Positions 43,021 through 54,749 are shown, counted from the first letter of the whole stretch. The stretch is DNA of 61,510 nucleotides, filler included, from 14 parts of 14 records of this genome joined end to end with filler, not necessarily neighbours in it; one strand, 5' to 3'. Numbers and translations: made by a program. Notes: a model not told the origin generated them from the letters alone.

Positions 43021-44221
43021 TCAAGTAGCCGCGAAGCGATCCGGCACGTGAGCAAGGTTATGCCGGCCCACTCTTTTAATGTCGCGCTCGCCACAGAGCG
43101 CCATAGTCAAGTCAAGCTCCGACCGGATGATTTCAAGAGCCCTCGTGACTCCGGCCTGCCCGCCTGCACCAAGACCGTAAAGGAACGGCCTGCCGATGTA
43201 GACGCCCTTGGCGCCCAAGCAGATCGCTCGCAACACGTCCTGTCCCGAGCGGATCCCGCCGTCCATGTGCACTTCGATCTGATCGCCAACGGCAGCAACG
43301 ATCGGCGCAAGTGCCGAGATGGAAGACGGCGCACCATCGAGTTGCCTCCCCCCATGGTTCGAAACAACCAGCGCGTCCGCGCCGTAAGTCACTGCTGCCT
43401 TCGCATCGTCTACGTCCATTATGCCTTTGAGCACCAGCTTACCACCCCAGCGCTCCCGCACCCAAGCAACATCGTCCCAAGACAGCCGAGGGTCGAACTG
43501 CTGCGACGTCCACGAGGCTAGCGAGCCGAGGTCATCCACGCCCGTTGCGTGGCCGACGATGTTGCCCATGTTCCAGCGCTTTGCCGTCAGCATGCGCAAG
43601 CACCACTCGGGCCGTGTGGCAAACTGGAGGAAGGTGTTGATGCTCGGTCGCGGCGGGGCGCCAAGCTCGTTGCGAATGTCCTTGTGCCGCTGGCCCAAAA
43701 TCTGCAGGTCGACCGTCAGCATGAGCGCCGGGCATCCCACAGCCGTAGCGCGCTCGATCAGCTTCTCCATGAAGGGTCGGTCCCGCAGCATGTACAGCTG
43801 GAACCAGAATGGCTCGCTGGTGCTCTCCGCCACGTCCTCGATCGAGCAGATGCTCATCGTCGAGAGCGTGAACGGCACGCCTGCGGCCTCGGCCGCCTTG
43901 GCGGCCAGGATTTCACCGTCGGCGTGCTGCATCCCGCACATGCCGGTCGGCGCGATCGCGAGCGGCATGGTCGCATCCTGGCCTACCAGCTGGGTGGCGA
44001 GCGATCGGTTGTCCATGTCGACCAGGATGCGCTGCCGGAACTGCAGCCGGTGAATCTAGGTCGGCCTCGCAGCCGGTGACCTGAATCTGCTTGAGGTCGG
44101 TCTCGTTTAGGTCGTAAGTGGACTCTGTCCAGGAGCCGGAGTCGGCGTATTCGTAGAACATTCGCGGGACGCGGCGGCGAGCCAGGCGCTGCAGGTCAGC
44201 GATGACCAGCGCGCGTTTCAT
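43021..44221 (-). CDS. lldD: FMN-dependent alpha-hydroxy acid (L-lactate) dehydrogenase, proteobacterial type, one 40-nt intron (44041-44080)
   Basis: ARRRVPRMFYEYADSGSWTEST, PFTLSTMSICSIEDV, FWFQLY, LQILGQRHKD, SNHGGRQLDG, DGGIRSGQDV. Confidence 0.92.
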
Positions 44222-44324
44222 GGCTGCGCAGGTGTAGCCAGAGAGGTCGCTTCAGCCGGGCAGCGGGAGGAGAGGATCGGATCCAAATTGCCGTTGTTGT
44301 TGGGATGGCAGTGCCTGGGTTTTG

Positions 44325-45737
44325 ATGATGGACGGCGAGAAGGTCGACCTGCCGCCGGGTGTGGATCGTCCGGGGCGTGCCATGAGGCGCGAGTCCAGGC
44401 GAGACGGTCGGGGACTCCTCCTCGGGCCGGGCCAATCGGTGCGCCGGCTTCTTCACCGGGATAGCCGACAGCAAGCAGTTCAACCTGGGCGCTTTCGTGG
44501 CGATCGTGCGGCCCACCGCGGGCCAGCTGACCGGCTGGGGCAGATCATTGGGGCGATATCGGTCGGATTCCAGACCCACCAGCCCTGGAGCGACTCGCCG
44601 GGTAGCCCTGCCGCGAGGGCCGATCGGAGCGAGCCGGCTGCAGTGCTTAAGTCGATCGACGCTATCGTGCTCTGGCTGTTTGTACTCGAATTTCTAATCA
44701 AAGTGCTGGCGCTTGTCCCTCGCGTGGTCTGCCCGGTGGCTGGCCGGGGATGGATGGCGGGGGGCAGTGGCGGTATTGGTTTGACGGTTGGAATTTATTT
44801 GACTTTACGATTATCGTGGTGGGACTAGTGCAATTTTGCGGCGGGGCGCGGTATGGCGCGATAGCGGTGGTGGTGCGGCTAGTGCGAGTCCTCCGGATGC
44901 TTCAGCTGGTCAAGAGCTGGCCAGAGCTGCGGGTGACTCAGCAGCGGTGCGGAGTAACGTTCTGGGCAGTTGGTTTCGTGTGCACTGTTCGCAGTTCTGC
45001 CGCTGCTCTGCTGGCTGCTGCTAGTGCTGCTACTACTAGTGTACGTGTATGCGATCATCGGTGTGCTCGTGTTTCAGACGAATGACCCACGGTGCCATCA
45101 CCGGGCGCCTGTATTCACCGTGTGGTGTTGGCAGCTACTTTGGCAATTTGGGTGACGCGTTCCTCTCGCTGTTCAGGGTGAGCCCGCTCCAATCAGCTCC
45201 CATGAGGCCGTATCAGGTGGCTACAACCGACGGGTGGTCTCAAATCATGTACGTGAACATCAATGGCTGCAGTGACGAGTATGAGCCTGCCGACGCCAAA
45301 CAGTGCACCGACTCGCAGGCGCCGGCTGGATTATGGCCCATCGACTGAGCGGCCGGCCAGAGCTTTGGTGCCTTCGCGGTGATCTACTTTGTATCGTTTG
45401 TGTTTGTGGGAGGACTGCTCGTGTTCAACCTCATGATCGCCATCACCTGCTCGCAGATGGACTCGCTCTCTGAAGGTGATCCGACCGCAGCCCCCAGCGA
45501 GCCGGGCCCAGAGCTCGCTGCTGACGCCGCCGTGAAGCCTGACGATGGAGACGAGGATGATGATGAGGCGCAGACCGACCCAGCGCTTGCCCAGAGCCTG
45601 GAGCGTCACAAGGAGCTGATGATGTCGCTCCGAGAGCTGGAGGACAAGGTTTGGCGTGCTCCGGGGCGCGTTGATTGTGGTTGCAGATCGAGCAACAGAC
45701 CAGGGATATGGTCGAGCTCCAGCAAGAGCTTGGATGA
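44325..45737 (+). CDS. Single-domain 6TM voltage-gated cation channel (CatSper/EukCat/BacNav-like) with a C-terminal coiled coil
   Basis: FVLEFLIK (S2), YWFDGWNLFDF (S3), RLVRVLRMLQLVK (S4), YAIIGVLVF (S5), YFGNLGDAFLSLFR-VATTDGWS (pore), FNLMIAI (S6). Confidence 0.88.
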
Positions 45738-46031
45738 TGCTTGTTCTGTGGGTCCGGGCAGATGCCGATAGCTTAGCTAATTAGAAAGTTCTTTTCGTGA
45801 CGAATCAAATTCTTCGATTCTTTACGATCCGTCTACAGACGCTACACATAATTGTCATACTGACATACGCATTGCTCGTGCCAATGTTCAATACTTATGT
45901 ATATAAAGAAACGTGCTGTGCATGCTTGAGAAATTGCGTTTGCCGTTGCGCTTCGCCTGCGTGAGGCCTGCGCTGCTTCGCGAAAAGTCAGTGCTATGAT
46001 AACTTCATATGAACACGAACATGGCTGAGCA

Positions 46032-46457
46032 ATGATGCCGCGTTGGCGCAGAGCCCCTTGCACTGAGCAGGTCCCGGCCGCGAGCCGACTGGGAGCACAC
46101 AAGTATGAGCGAGACCTTCGGCGTCAGAGATGGACAGAGCAGGCTCGGCGGGACTGTGCGGCCCTTCTGGTAACAGCAGAGCTGGAAGGCTGGACTTCCA
46201 AGGACAAGATTGCGAAGATCAGAGACGAATACACTCCTGAGCAACAGCGCCAATACCTCATGAAGCTTAGAAAGAACACGTATGCCATGTTACGATCCTC
46301 GGATACCTTCGCTGACCTTACCGGATTGCGGCTGAGCTGTGACGAGGAACGGGAAGAAATAATCCGTGCGGTGAAGCATGTCGCCATGAAGCCTGTTCAA
46401 GAACTTTCTGCGCATGACACCTTGGATGCTGTGCGGCTTCACCGTAGGGAGATGTAG
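46032..46457 (+). CDS. Hypothetical protein (141 aa)
   Basis: ATG-initiated ORF in an otherwise AT-rich region with no recognisable motif. Confidence 0.35.
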   Translation: MMPRWRRAPCTEQVPAASRLGAHKYERDLRRQRWTEQARRDCAALLVTAELEGWTSKDKIAKIRDEYTPEQQRQYLMKLRKNTYAMLRSSDTFADLTGLRLSCDEEREEIIRAVKHVAMKPVQELSAHDTLDAVRLHRREM

Positions 46458-47749
46458 ACGTGGTGCAATCGCTCTAAATAATTAAGTAATTGCTCTGATC
46501 GTTCCAGATAACTGATTTATCTCACGCATAATGATTCCCATGTGATTCTCGTTTGCAGCAAGTAACTAAATTTAATACACTTACGTCTAAACTAGAGACC
46601 ACAATTTATGCTTAGAAATAAGTCTCGTGTATTTGTGTAATTATGTGTAATCACCCCTAAATCACCCCCACCCCCAAGTTACAATGACTGCATGCAGTTC
46701 TAAATCTACGAGTGTACAACACTCGTCAAGCGCACGTAACTCATCAATCGAGTATGTACCTAGGGTACCTTACTGCCATAAAATGGAAGTGTGCAATGAC
46801 GTGCGCGAATAAGTGCAGCACNNNNNNNNNNNNNNNNNNNNNNNNNNNNNNNNNNNNNNNNNNNNTTAATTAATTAANNNNNNNNNNNNNNNNNNNNNNN
46901 NNNNNNNNNNNNNNNNNNNNNTCTGGCTTTGGCGCAGTTTATCGCCGCTAACAGCGGGACGGCAGACTGCTTGAAGAATCAGGACGGGACACCGACTTTT
47001 TACTCACGGGTGTCGGATATGCAAAAGCACCTCCTTATTGGCGAGACAGTTCCTGAGTTGGGGGGTCTCGTGCACATTGACGTGTGCTTCGAGGCGATTG
47101 CTTTCGTGAAGGACGCATACGGAGGCAAGCTGCTCGTTGATAATTGCGCAAAGGGGCAAGTATGCACGTAGCGGAATGCGAACAGGACATTGTTATCATA
47201 ATAATCATATTACGGCAAGTCCCGGAGCGGTCCCAGGCATGAGTCGTAACATAAAATGAGGGAAACACAATTCATTCAACCGAATCTCGTCCACCACATG
47301 CGCATGCACACCCAGCCACCCGAAGGTGCCCTCAGTGACCTAAATTTATACAATGAAACGCTCCCTTAATTAATTAAGCACAAACAGAGGTGGCCTGTAG
47401 GTGGCCTGGTGTGGGCTCACACAAAATTAATCATGACCCAGTCCCTACACTAGGCAGGCCTGTATGTGCCATTGCGATGTCTAAAACGTCGATGGAAAGT
47501 GTGAAGTACACGGTCCTCGATAGTATCTGAAGATGTTGTCCGCCTCTATGCGGACAATGTTATCATTTAACAATAGATTAATATAAATCAACTCGAACAT
47601 GTTTTGGTTGAAACTAACATCAACCACACGCGCAAGCTCACTTACTTGCTTGCGTAGCATTGACTTGCCGTTTCAAAGAAGCGAATCCAGTGTGATCGTC
47701 CTGTGCGCCCAAAACTGAATAAGAGGCGTTCCCAGAATAGAATAGGCAC

Positions 47750-49391
47750 TAACGCAATGCCACCTCTTCCCCTTGGCTAGTGGCTAGAGCTTCGGCGGAT
47801 GTCTGAGACCAAACCTCCCCGATTTGGAGCAAAGTGGTGGCTTGCCTGCATCCGGGGAGAGCTCAGAGCCATTGCGGCATAACAGGCATAACAAATCAGT
47901 TGAGTAGCCAACTAATGCCAGTCAGGAGGGCGCATCTTGGTTACGACTTAAGCTAGCAATGGAACCTCTGTAGGTCGGTCTCTTTGACTTGGCCGGTGTA
48001 TACAAACTCCTTCATCGAGTCGATCATACCTGAACTGGCTCAGCACCAACTCCACCATACATACACACTAACGTTATATACTATACTGTACTATATATTA
48101 AGCTCAGACACACCGGGAGCTTCATCCATCAGAGGGCGAAGCACCAATTCCACTATCTGCACGGCCAGAGGCATCACAGCCCTGTTGGCATGGACCAAAC
48201 CTTCCGCAGCCGCTCTTCAAGCAACAACTTGCCCACCCGCCACACCGTGTCCAACCCCTTAGACATGACCTCCTTCTGCAGCTGCGCTTCCTGTAAGCTC
48301 TTGCTCTGCTTCCGCTCGCCCGGTTCGTCGGCCTGGCGCTCGAGCTGCTTTGAGACAGTCAGTACACCCACCACCTGGCCGGTCAGCTCAGACTACCACC
48401 TTGCATCTAGATCCGACCTGAGAGAGAATCCCCATCCCCTCCTTCATGTAATGCCCCCGCTCCGCCACCTCAGCCGCCCACTGCGCCGCCCTAAGACTGG
48501 CCCGGCCCGCCCAGCCCACCCCCAACGGCCCGCCCAGGAACTGCTGGGCCTCCTGCAGGTAGATGTACCCCACTATCCCTAGCAGCTCTGCCCCGCCGGG
48601 GGTTTCCACGAGCCCGAGAGCCTGCGGCCGCTCAGGCCCAGCCGGCGGGGTCCGACCTCCGCGCGGATCATATCAGCGAACATCTCCGGGTCCTTGCTGT
48701 TGCTCGAGATCTTCTTGGACAGGTATCCGGCCAGTCGCTCACAATTCTTCTGTGGCACCCAGTGACCGCCGTCACTCAGACCAAACCCACCTCCTCCTGC
48801 TGCTTCAGAAAAGCCTGCTGCTCCACCGTCCAGTTCTGCTCGCTCTCAAACGCCGACTGCGCCAGCCGGCCTGCCCGGACTAAGCCGGGCCGCGGCTGGT
48901 CGGCACCCTCGCCCTCGACCTGCTGGAGCAGCAGCTCTATCATCGGCAGCGTACACACATCCCCAAAGACTGTCTCAAACATGCCCCCCCCAAACACTGT
49001 CTTCACCACCTGCCCCGCCCGTCGCCCCTGCCGGCCGCCCGCTGCCGGCCTCCCGCAAGTCCACGGTGCCGCTCTCCAGGCCCTCCTTCCCGTGCGCGTC
49101 GTAAAGCGCGCGCTTCTCCTCGTTGGAGAGCACCTGCCGGGCGCTGGGCCGCTGCAGCCGGCGGCAGCTGCACCTCGTGCGCCTCGTTCACCCTTTTAAA
49201 TAAATCCTCAGCCTGGGCGTTCCCCCGGTTCTGCCAGCAGGGTGGGCGCGCGGCGGAGGGGGGGGCGCCTTGTCTGGGTGGTACTTTTTGGCGGTGCGGA
49301 AGTAGGCCTTCTTGATCTCGGCCTGGCTGGCCTGCCGCGATATGCCCAGCACCTCGTAGTAGTCGTAGTCGTCAGCAGAGCCGCTCTCCAT
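47750..49391 (-). CDS. DnaJ protein with a DnaJ-X domain (Djp1/Caj1/ATJ10-like), many introns, 3' end approximate
   Basis: [57 protein letters not shown], and a probable late exon [13 protein letters not shown]. Confidence 0.85.
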
Positions 49392-49467
49392 CAGCAGCCG
49401 CGGTTCGGCACTGCAGGCTGGTCGCAGTCTTCGTTTGTGGCCTCGTTTTCCTCTTTCAGCCTCACCC

Positions 49468-50677
49468 ATGGCGATGAGCCTGCGGGTGGCGGCGCTGCTG
49501 TTCCGGCTGGCAACGTTCGGCCGGAGCGACGCAGCCGCCTCGCCGGACGGGGCGACGAAAATCGGCCCTCCGACCAGTTCGCCGGCCGACGGGCTGGAGC
49601 TATCGGGACTTGCCCAATTGGAGGCACAGTGGGAGAGCGAGGGCTGGGCCTACAGGGAGCGGCGCAAGCTGTACGAAGAGGCCATTGTCAACGGGTCGGG
49701 CCATATTGTGACCGAGTGGGAGGCCCGCCATCGTCGCTCCCATGAGCCGTCCTTCGTGGCCACGCCCTGTCATATGCGCCGCCGAACCTCGGTCTATGCA
49801 ACCGGCAGTATATGTACCGGAGACGTGATAGATATGGACACTGAAGCATACCAAGCTGTGCACGGGATCGCAGTTGTAATTGAGTACCCGGGCCGCCAAT
49901 CCCTCACCGGCGTGTGCTCCAGCAAGGACGAAGACACCGGCCGAACCTGCGACGACTTGATTTACAACAAGCCGACGCACGTCACTGCAGCAGTGGACGA
50001 CAACGGCCAACCTGGTGTGCCCAGAGCCCTTAGCTAGCTCGCCCCGAACCTCAGGCGTCGGCCTGCACAACTGAGAAATCTGCCGGCTAGGTGAGTGCCG
50101 AGTGGTGATATCTGAGAAACTGACGATGGATCGGTTCAACCGGCCCCTCACCATTAAGTATGTTTACGACGGTGAGAGCTTCATCGCAAGGCGCGAACAA
50201 GTCTGCTTTGTTCGGGGGCTCCAACTGGCCACAGAGCGATCGGTGAGAGTAGAGCAGATGGATGACATGATTTGGAAGAACCTGACAATATGGAGTCACG
50301 CTTCTGCGGACAAATGGTCGTCAGGGCCGAACGCTCAGAAGCAGTACATAAAGTGCCACGAAGCCCTGGCCAAGTACCACTGTTCTAGCATGTTCCCGAA
50401 TTGCACGGCCGAATGGTTAGACCACAAACCAGCGCCACCTTGCCGAGACATTTGCGAAGACGCCAAAGTCCATTGCATGTTTGGCAAGAGGAACTTGATG
50501 GACCGTGAACTCAATTGCGAGCAGTTTCCGCTGAGAGCGTCTCCGTGGGAGAAGTGTACTGATGTTAAAGTGATGCAGTCTTATATGGACAGGGTATCGG
50601 GTGCTGGAAGAGCCACGCTTGGACTAGCTGCGGTGCTACTTGCATCAATTGCAATGCCATTCTTACATGCGGCTTAG
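49468..50677 (+). CDS. Secreted or GPI/TM-anchored protein with a Frizzled-type cysteine-rich domain
   Basis: Signal-like N-terminus, [38 protein letters not shown], small-residue linker and hydrophobic C-terminus. Confidence 0.72.
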
Positions 50678-51516
50678 CATGCATGCCGCTCTAGATTAGA
50701 CTCAGTTCTCCAAATAGGGTGGCTTATCACAATCATGTAGGTTACTAGGATTTAAGATCTGTGTCCATGTGAATAAAGAATTACATTTTAGATAACTAGA
50801 TACAGTCAGTATGACGGTATGAATACAGTAATCCCTCGAAAGTTAGATGAGCCGAAAACCGGGGTTTCGGGACCGAGACGCCTNNNNNNNNNNNNNNNNN
50901 NNNNNNNNNNNNNNNNNNNNNNNNNNNTTAATTAATTAANNNNNNNNNNNNNNNNNNNNNNNNNNNNNNNNNNNNNNNNNNNNTATATGTGGCAGCCATC
51001 CTGCTGCTCGAGCTCAGCTCCGACCCGAATCAACTTAGAATCAACTCCGGAGAGCCTCGGATGAGCAAGCGGCGATTCGATCATGACGAAGCGCCAGACC
51101 GATTACTCGTAGTACATAGAAGAAAGCCTTCTGGACACCGGCTGGTCGGGCAGTCAGGCGCTCAAGGGCAAGCAAGACGCGGCTGCCAACCCGTACAAGA
51201 GCAAGACAGCGGAGCAGAAGGCTAGGCGGCGCACTATTGAGCACGTGCACTATTGAGCGTATCATGGCGTATTGAGCACGTGCAGTCGTGCACTGCACTG
51301 ACGACGTGCACTTGCCGTAGGACGAGGCCAAGCGCACCTGAGATTGAGGGCTCCGTCGCAGCGCAGCCAATTGGCGTTTATCGTTATCACTCATCCGTGT
51401 TAACATCCGCTGCCAACCGATACGCCGATAGAATGAGGTCGTAAAGGCCAATTGCTTATCTATACCAGCTTTTAACCAGCTTTGACTGCTGAGATCAAGG
51501 CGTTAATTACTAGCCA

Positions 51517-52731
51517 CTAGGAAACGTCCACAACTATCCACCGGGAGCTGTCGTCCCAATCGTGTTGGAGCTTCTTGTTACACTGGATGGTGAGGTCAAT
51601 GTGCGGCTCGGTGTAGTAGTCGCCACCCCACTCTGCTTTGTATTTGAGTCTCAACACACCAGGGCCTTCCACCTGGCATTTGCTTGTTTCACTCTCCATC
51701 TGTCTATTGTCGAATGCACAGCGGCCGTGCGACATACTTGACTCCTTCGTTAAGCGAAGGCTATATTCGTCTCCTTTCATTAGGCCTGTCGTTTGTGTGC
51801 CATCTAACTCGGCATAGCCCTTAGCGGCCATCCTGTACGTATCCCAATTGGCACCACACAGGGACCAAGTCTTTAGACTGCACACAAAACACCCACTGGG
51901 CAGCGAAATATGCAGATCGCCACCCGCAGAGGCCCGGCCGGCTTCCCGCCACATCTGTTGCAGCTTCAGCGTCAGCGCGATGCTGGTGTCCAGAGTCTCA
52001 GGATCAAGCGACGCTTCAAACAGCTGGTGCGCGTTGCAACCATCTGGAGTTTCGAGGCGGCGACCCCATATATCATCCGCTGCGACCTCACTTTCCTGTC
52101 CACCCCATTTATCCAATAAAAATACCGGCGATTTCACGCAAGCTTGGCCTGGGATAGTGAGCTGTTGCTCAGCATACTCATACACCTGGGGCATTTGCAC
52201 GTCCATTGATGGCGATGGCGCAGCTGGCACAGCCCCCTCCGAGGGCCGCCCCTCATCAAAATCTGCGCCAGCGGGGAGACCAAATACACTAGGATCGTCA
52301 TCGATCTGCACGGCTCTAATCGTCGAATCCGGCAGCAGCCGCGGCCGTGCTCGGCACCGCTGTTCGTAGAGCGCCAAGAATCTGGCGTCGGCCACCTGGA
52401 CCGTGGCCCCGTCGCACACCCCCGTCTCGGTCCACCGGGTGCGTCTGTCTAGAGCTTGGTCAGAGAAGCCGAACTCCAGCTCGACCGCCAGCAAGTCGGC
52501 TATCGGCTCGACCAGCTCCAGGCTGGCTGCCACGATCAGATCGCGGGCGAGCCCCCGCTGGAGGACGTCCACGGGCTCGCTCAGCTGGACCGAGGCCGGG
52601 CGGGTGCCGCCCGACTCGAGCTGCAGCAGCAGGTGGACCGGCGGCGGGGCTTGCTCGCAGGCCACCCGCTCGAGGTCCTGGCTCAGCCGTGCCTGGTGGC
52701 TCTCCTCCTGGCCCGAGCTGCACGCTCCCAT
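51517..52731 (-). CDS. Hypothetical 404-aa protein with an N-myristoylation-like start and a ubiquitin-like segment
   Basis: MGACSS start. VHLLLQLESG..ELEFGFSDQAL..TGVCDGATVQV resembles a UBL fold. Confidence 0.6.
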   Translation of the reverse strand: MGACSSGQEESHQARLSQDLERVACEQAPPPVHLLLQLESGGTRPASVQLSEPVDVLQRGLARDLIVAASLELVEPIADLLAVELEFGFSDQALDRRTRWTETGVCDGATVQVADARFLALYEQRCRARPRLLPDSTIRAVQIDDDPSVFGLPAGADFDEGRPSEGAVPAAPSPSMDVQMPQVYEYAEQQLTIPGQACVKSPVFLLDKWGGQESEVAADDIWGRRLETPDGCNAHQLFEASLDPETLDTSIALTLKLQQMWREAGRASAGGDLHISLPSGCFVCSLKTWSLCGANWDTYRMAAKGYAELDGTQTTGLMKGDEYSLRLTKESSMSHGRCAFDNRQMESETSKCQVEGPGVLRLKYKAEWGGDYYTEPHIDLTIQCNKKLQHDWDDSSRWIVVDVS

Positions 52732-52776
52732 TCCGTTGTTGGCGTTTCAGTTATCTCGGCGGGCAGACACGTCGGC

Positions 52777-53705
52777 ATGATGCTCCGTGGTCTCTGGGCA
52801 GGAGGGCGAGCCGCCGCGGCGGCACTGGCGTACCATGCGGTGCCGGGCAGCGTACAGCTGTCCAGCGTGAGCGGGCTCAGCTGGCAGCAACGCGCGCAGG
52901 TCATGGAGCACGAGAGGCTAGATTTCGGGCTGCCAGCGGTCTCTAAGGCCAGGCACCCGGGAGTAGTCGGGGCCAAGCACTGCCGGCCGCACGAGACCTC
53001 GGTGGTGCGCATAGTGCTCACAGGCGGGCCGTGCGCCGGGAAGAGCTCAGCGCTGCGCAAGCTGACTGCGGCGGCCAACAGCAACGGATTCGACGTGTAC
53101 CTGGCCCCTGAGTGCGCCACGATTCTGTTCAGCAATGGGTGCAGCGCGGCCGACTTTGGGGTGCCGGGGTACTCCGAGGCGTACAACAAGAGCATCACCC
53201 AGCTTCAGCTCCAGATGGAGCGAAGTTTCACCAGAATCGCCGCCTCGACCGGCCGGCCTAGTATCCTTGTGTGTGATAGGGGGATAATGGACAACAAGGG
53301 CTACATCGCGGCAGACGGTTGGGACCAGACCCTGCAGTTTGTGGACGGCGAGGACGCCAAGGCCAGCGTGACAGAGGACTACGTTCTGGCGAGATACGAT
53401 CTCGTGATTCACATGGACACAGCAGCCAAGGGAGCCGAGAAGTATTACAAATGGGGCGAGACCACCGATGACAACGGACACACCGTGATCCGGTCGGAGT
53501 CGCCCGAGGTGGCCAGGCAGCTGGACGACAAGATGCTCGCCTGCTGGGAGCATCACCCTAACCACGTCCGCGTGAGGAATAGCGAGGCCGGGTTCCATGT
53601 GAGGGCCCCTGGCATCCGGCTGACGATGAGCTTGGGGTGCAGGTCAAGCTGGAGCAAGTGAGCGAAGCCGTGCTCAAAGCGGCCAGGGTCAAACACCCCC
53701 AATAG
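52777..53705 (+). CDS. NadR/Ttd14-like AAA_28 P-loop protein
   Basis: RIVLTGGPCAGKSS, PECATILF, LQLQME, ILVCDRGIMD, RYDLVIHM.TAA.GAE.YY, R.ESPE.AR.LD..W..HPN. One 3' intron. Confidence 0.85.
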
Positions 53706-53958
53706 ACCTCTTACTAGTGTAGACTGACCCGTAGCAATAGACCGGCACAAGCGAGCCGAAGTAGTTGTAAGCACTCTAGGTCACAACTGAATGATTGAGT
53801 ATGCATGTGGGGGCGCATCTCGTCTTTATTGAGATATTACTCCAGTAACAAGTAGAAGCAAACTGCTTGCGACATGTTTCTCGAGCTACATGATTACAAG
53901 TATACACTAGTCATGAGCCGTACGCCCGTAAACATGGCTCTCACGGCATGGAACTGCC

Positions 53959-54749
53959 TCAGATGGAGCTCAGATCGAGAACTTCGTCCTCACCGTCGCT
54001 CTCGAGCCCGAATTCGATCAGCCCGTCGTCCTGCTCCTCCTGGCCCAGTTGGTCGCCCAACTTCAAACCCTTAGGCAGCTCGTCGTACCCCTTGAGCCTC
54101 AGCACCTCGTCGCCCTGGTAAAGATGCAGCACGTCGCACTTGTCATCCTGGAAGTCGCGCAGGCCCACCAGCACAACGTCCCCGGTCCGCACTCTGTTAG
54201 CCGCCCCGCGCCGCATGCTGCCTCGGATAATTCCTACTCTCGTTGCCCCGTCTTGGCACTCAATCCGGCATCGCCGGTTCCCCAGCATTTGCAGCACCAG
54301 CCCGTACTCTTGGCCCTCGTCCCGGAAGAGCAGCTCGCGCCGGACCGCACCAGCGCCGGCGTTCCGAGTGCCCTTAGGCCGAGCCTTGCCTTTCCCGCCC
54401 GCCAGCCGCAGGGTTAGCACCACAGGCTGCCCATCGGGCTGACAGGCCGACCAGTCAGCCAGCAACCGGCCGTGCTGCCAGAGCAGCTGCTCGCCTGCTG
54501 GAACCCCGAGCGCCGCGTGGATGGCTCGCTTCACGTCTTTTGCTCGGGCTCCGGCCACCGCTAGCGATATCAGACCGGCCGGGGTGCGCACAGGGACAGT
54601 GAAGGTGTTGTTGTTCTCATTGTTCGTGTTGTTGTTTGTTGTTGAAGTGGGTAGTGTGTTCGCCCCCTCGGCCGTGATGGCCTCGGCGCTGGCGTTACCC
54701 TACACCAGCTGGGCTAGCTACGGGCCGGCCCCGCAGCAGGCCGGGCCAT
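53959..54749 (-). CDS. Ubiquitin-like domain fused to a divergent eIF1A
   Basis: VKRAIHAALGVPAGEQLL..GRLL..LTLRLAGG, then KGK..RRELLFRDEGQEYG..MLGN.R..DG.TR..IRG.MR..GDVVLVGLRDFQDDKCDV..Y..DE..LK..ELP and an acidic tail. The start is inferred as ATG 54749 plus a 47-nt GC-AG intron (54700-54746). Confidence 0.85.

Noticed and set aside
47365-47378. cttaattaattaag palindrome identical to the linker core
   Set aside because: There are no flanking Ns, so it is most likely a chance AT palindrome in a spacer.
47390-47472. Imperfect G-U-containing hairpin, considered as a SECIS element
   Set aside because: It lacks the AUGA/GA quartet geometry, and no in-frame UGA selenoprotein ORF is visible upstream.
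47780-47873. Multi-branch fold resembling an ncRNA
   Set aside because: It overlaps a probable DnaJ-X exon on the - strand ([12 protein letters not shown]), so the pairing is likely incidental.
51232-51312. Short repeats of tattgagcacgtgca with E-box-like CACGTG
   Set aside because: Only two or three degenerate copies in a 3' spacer, with no support for a function.
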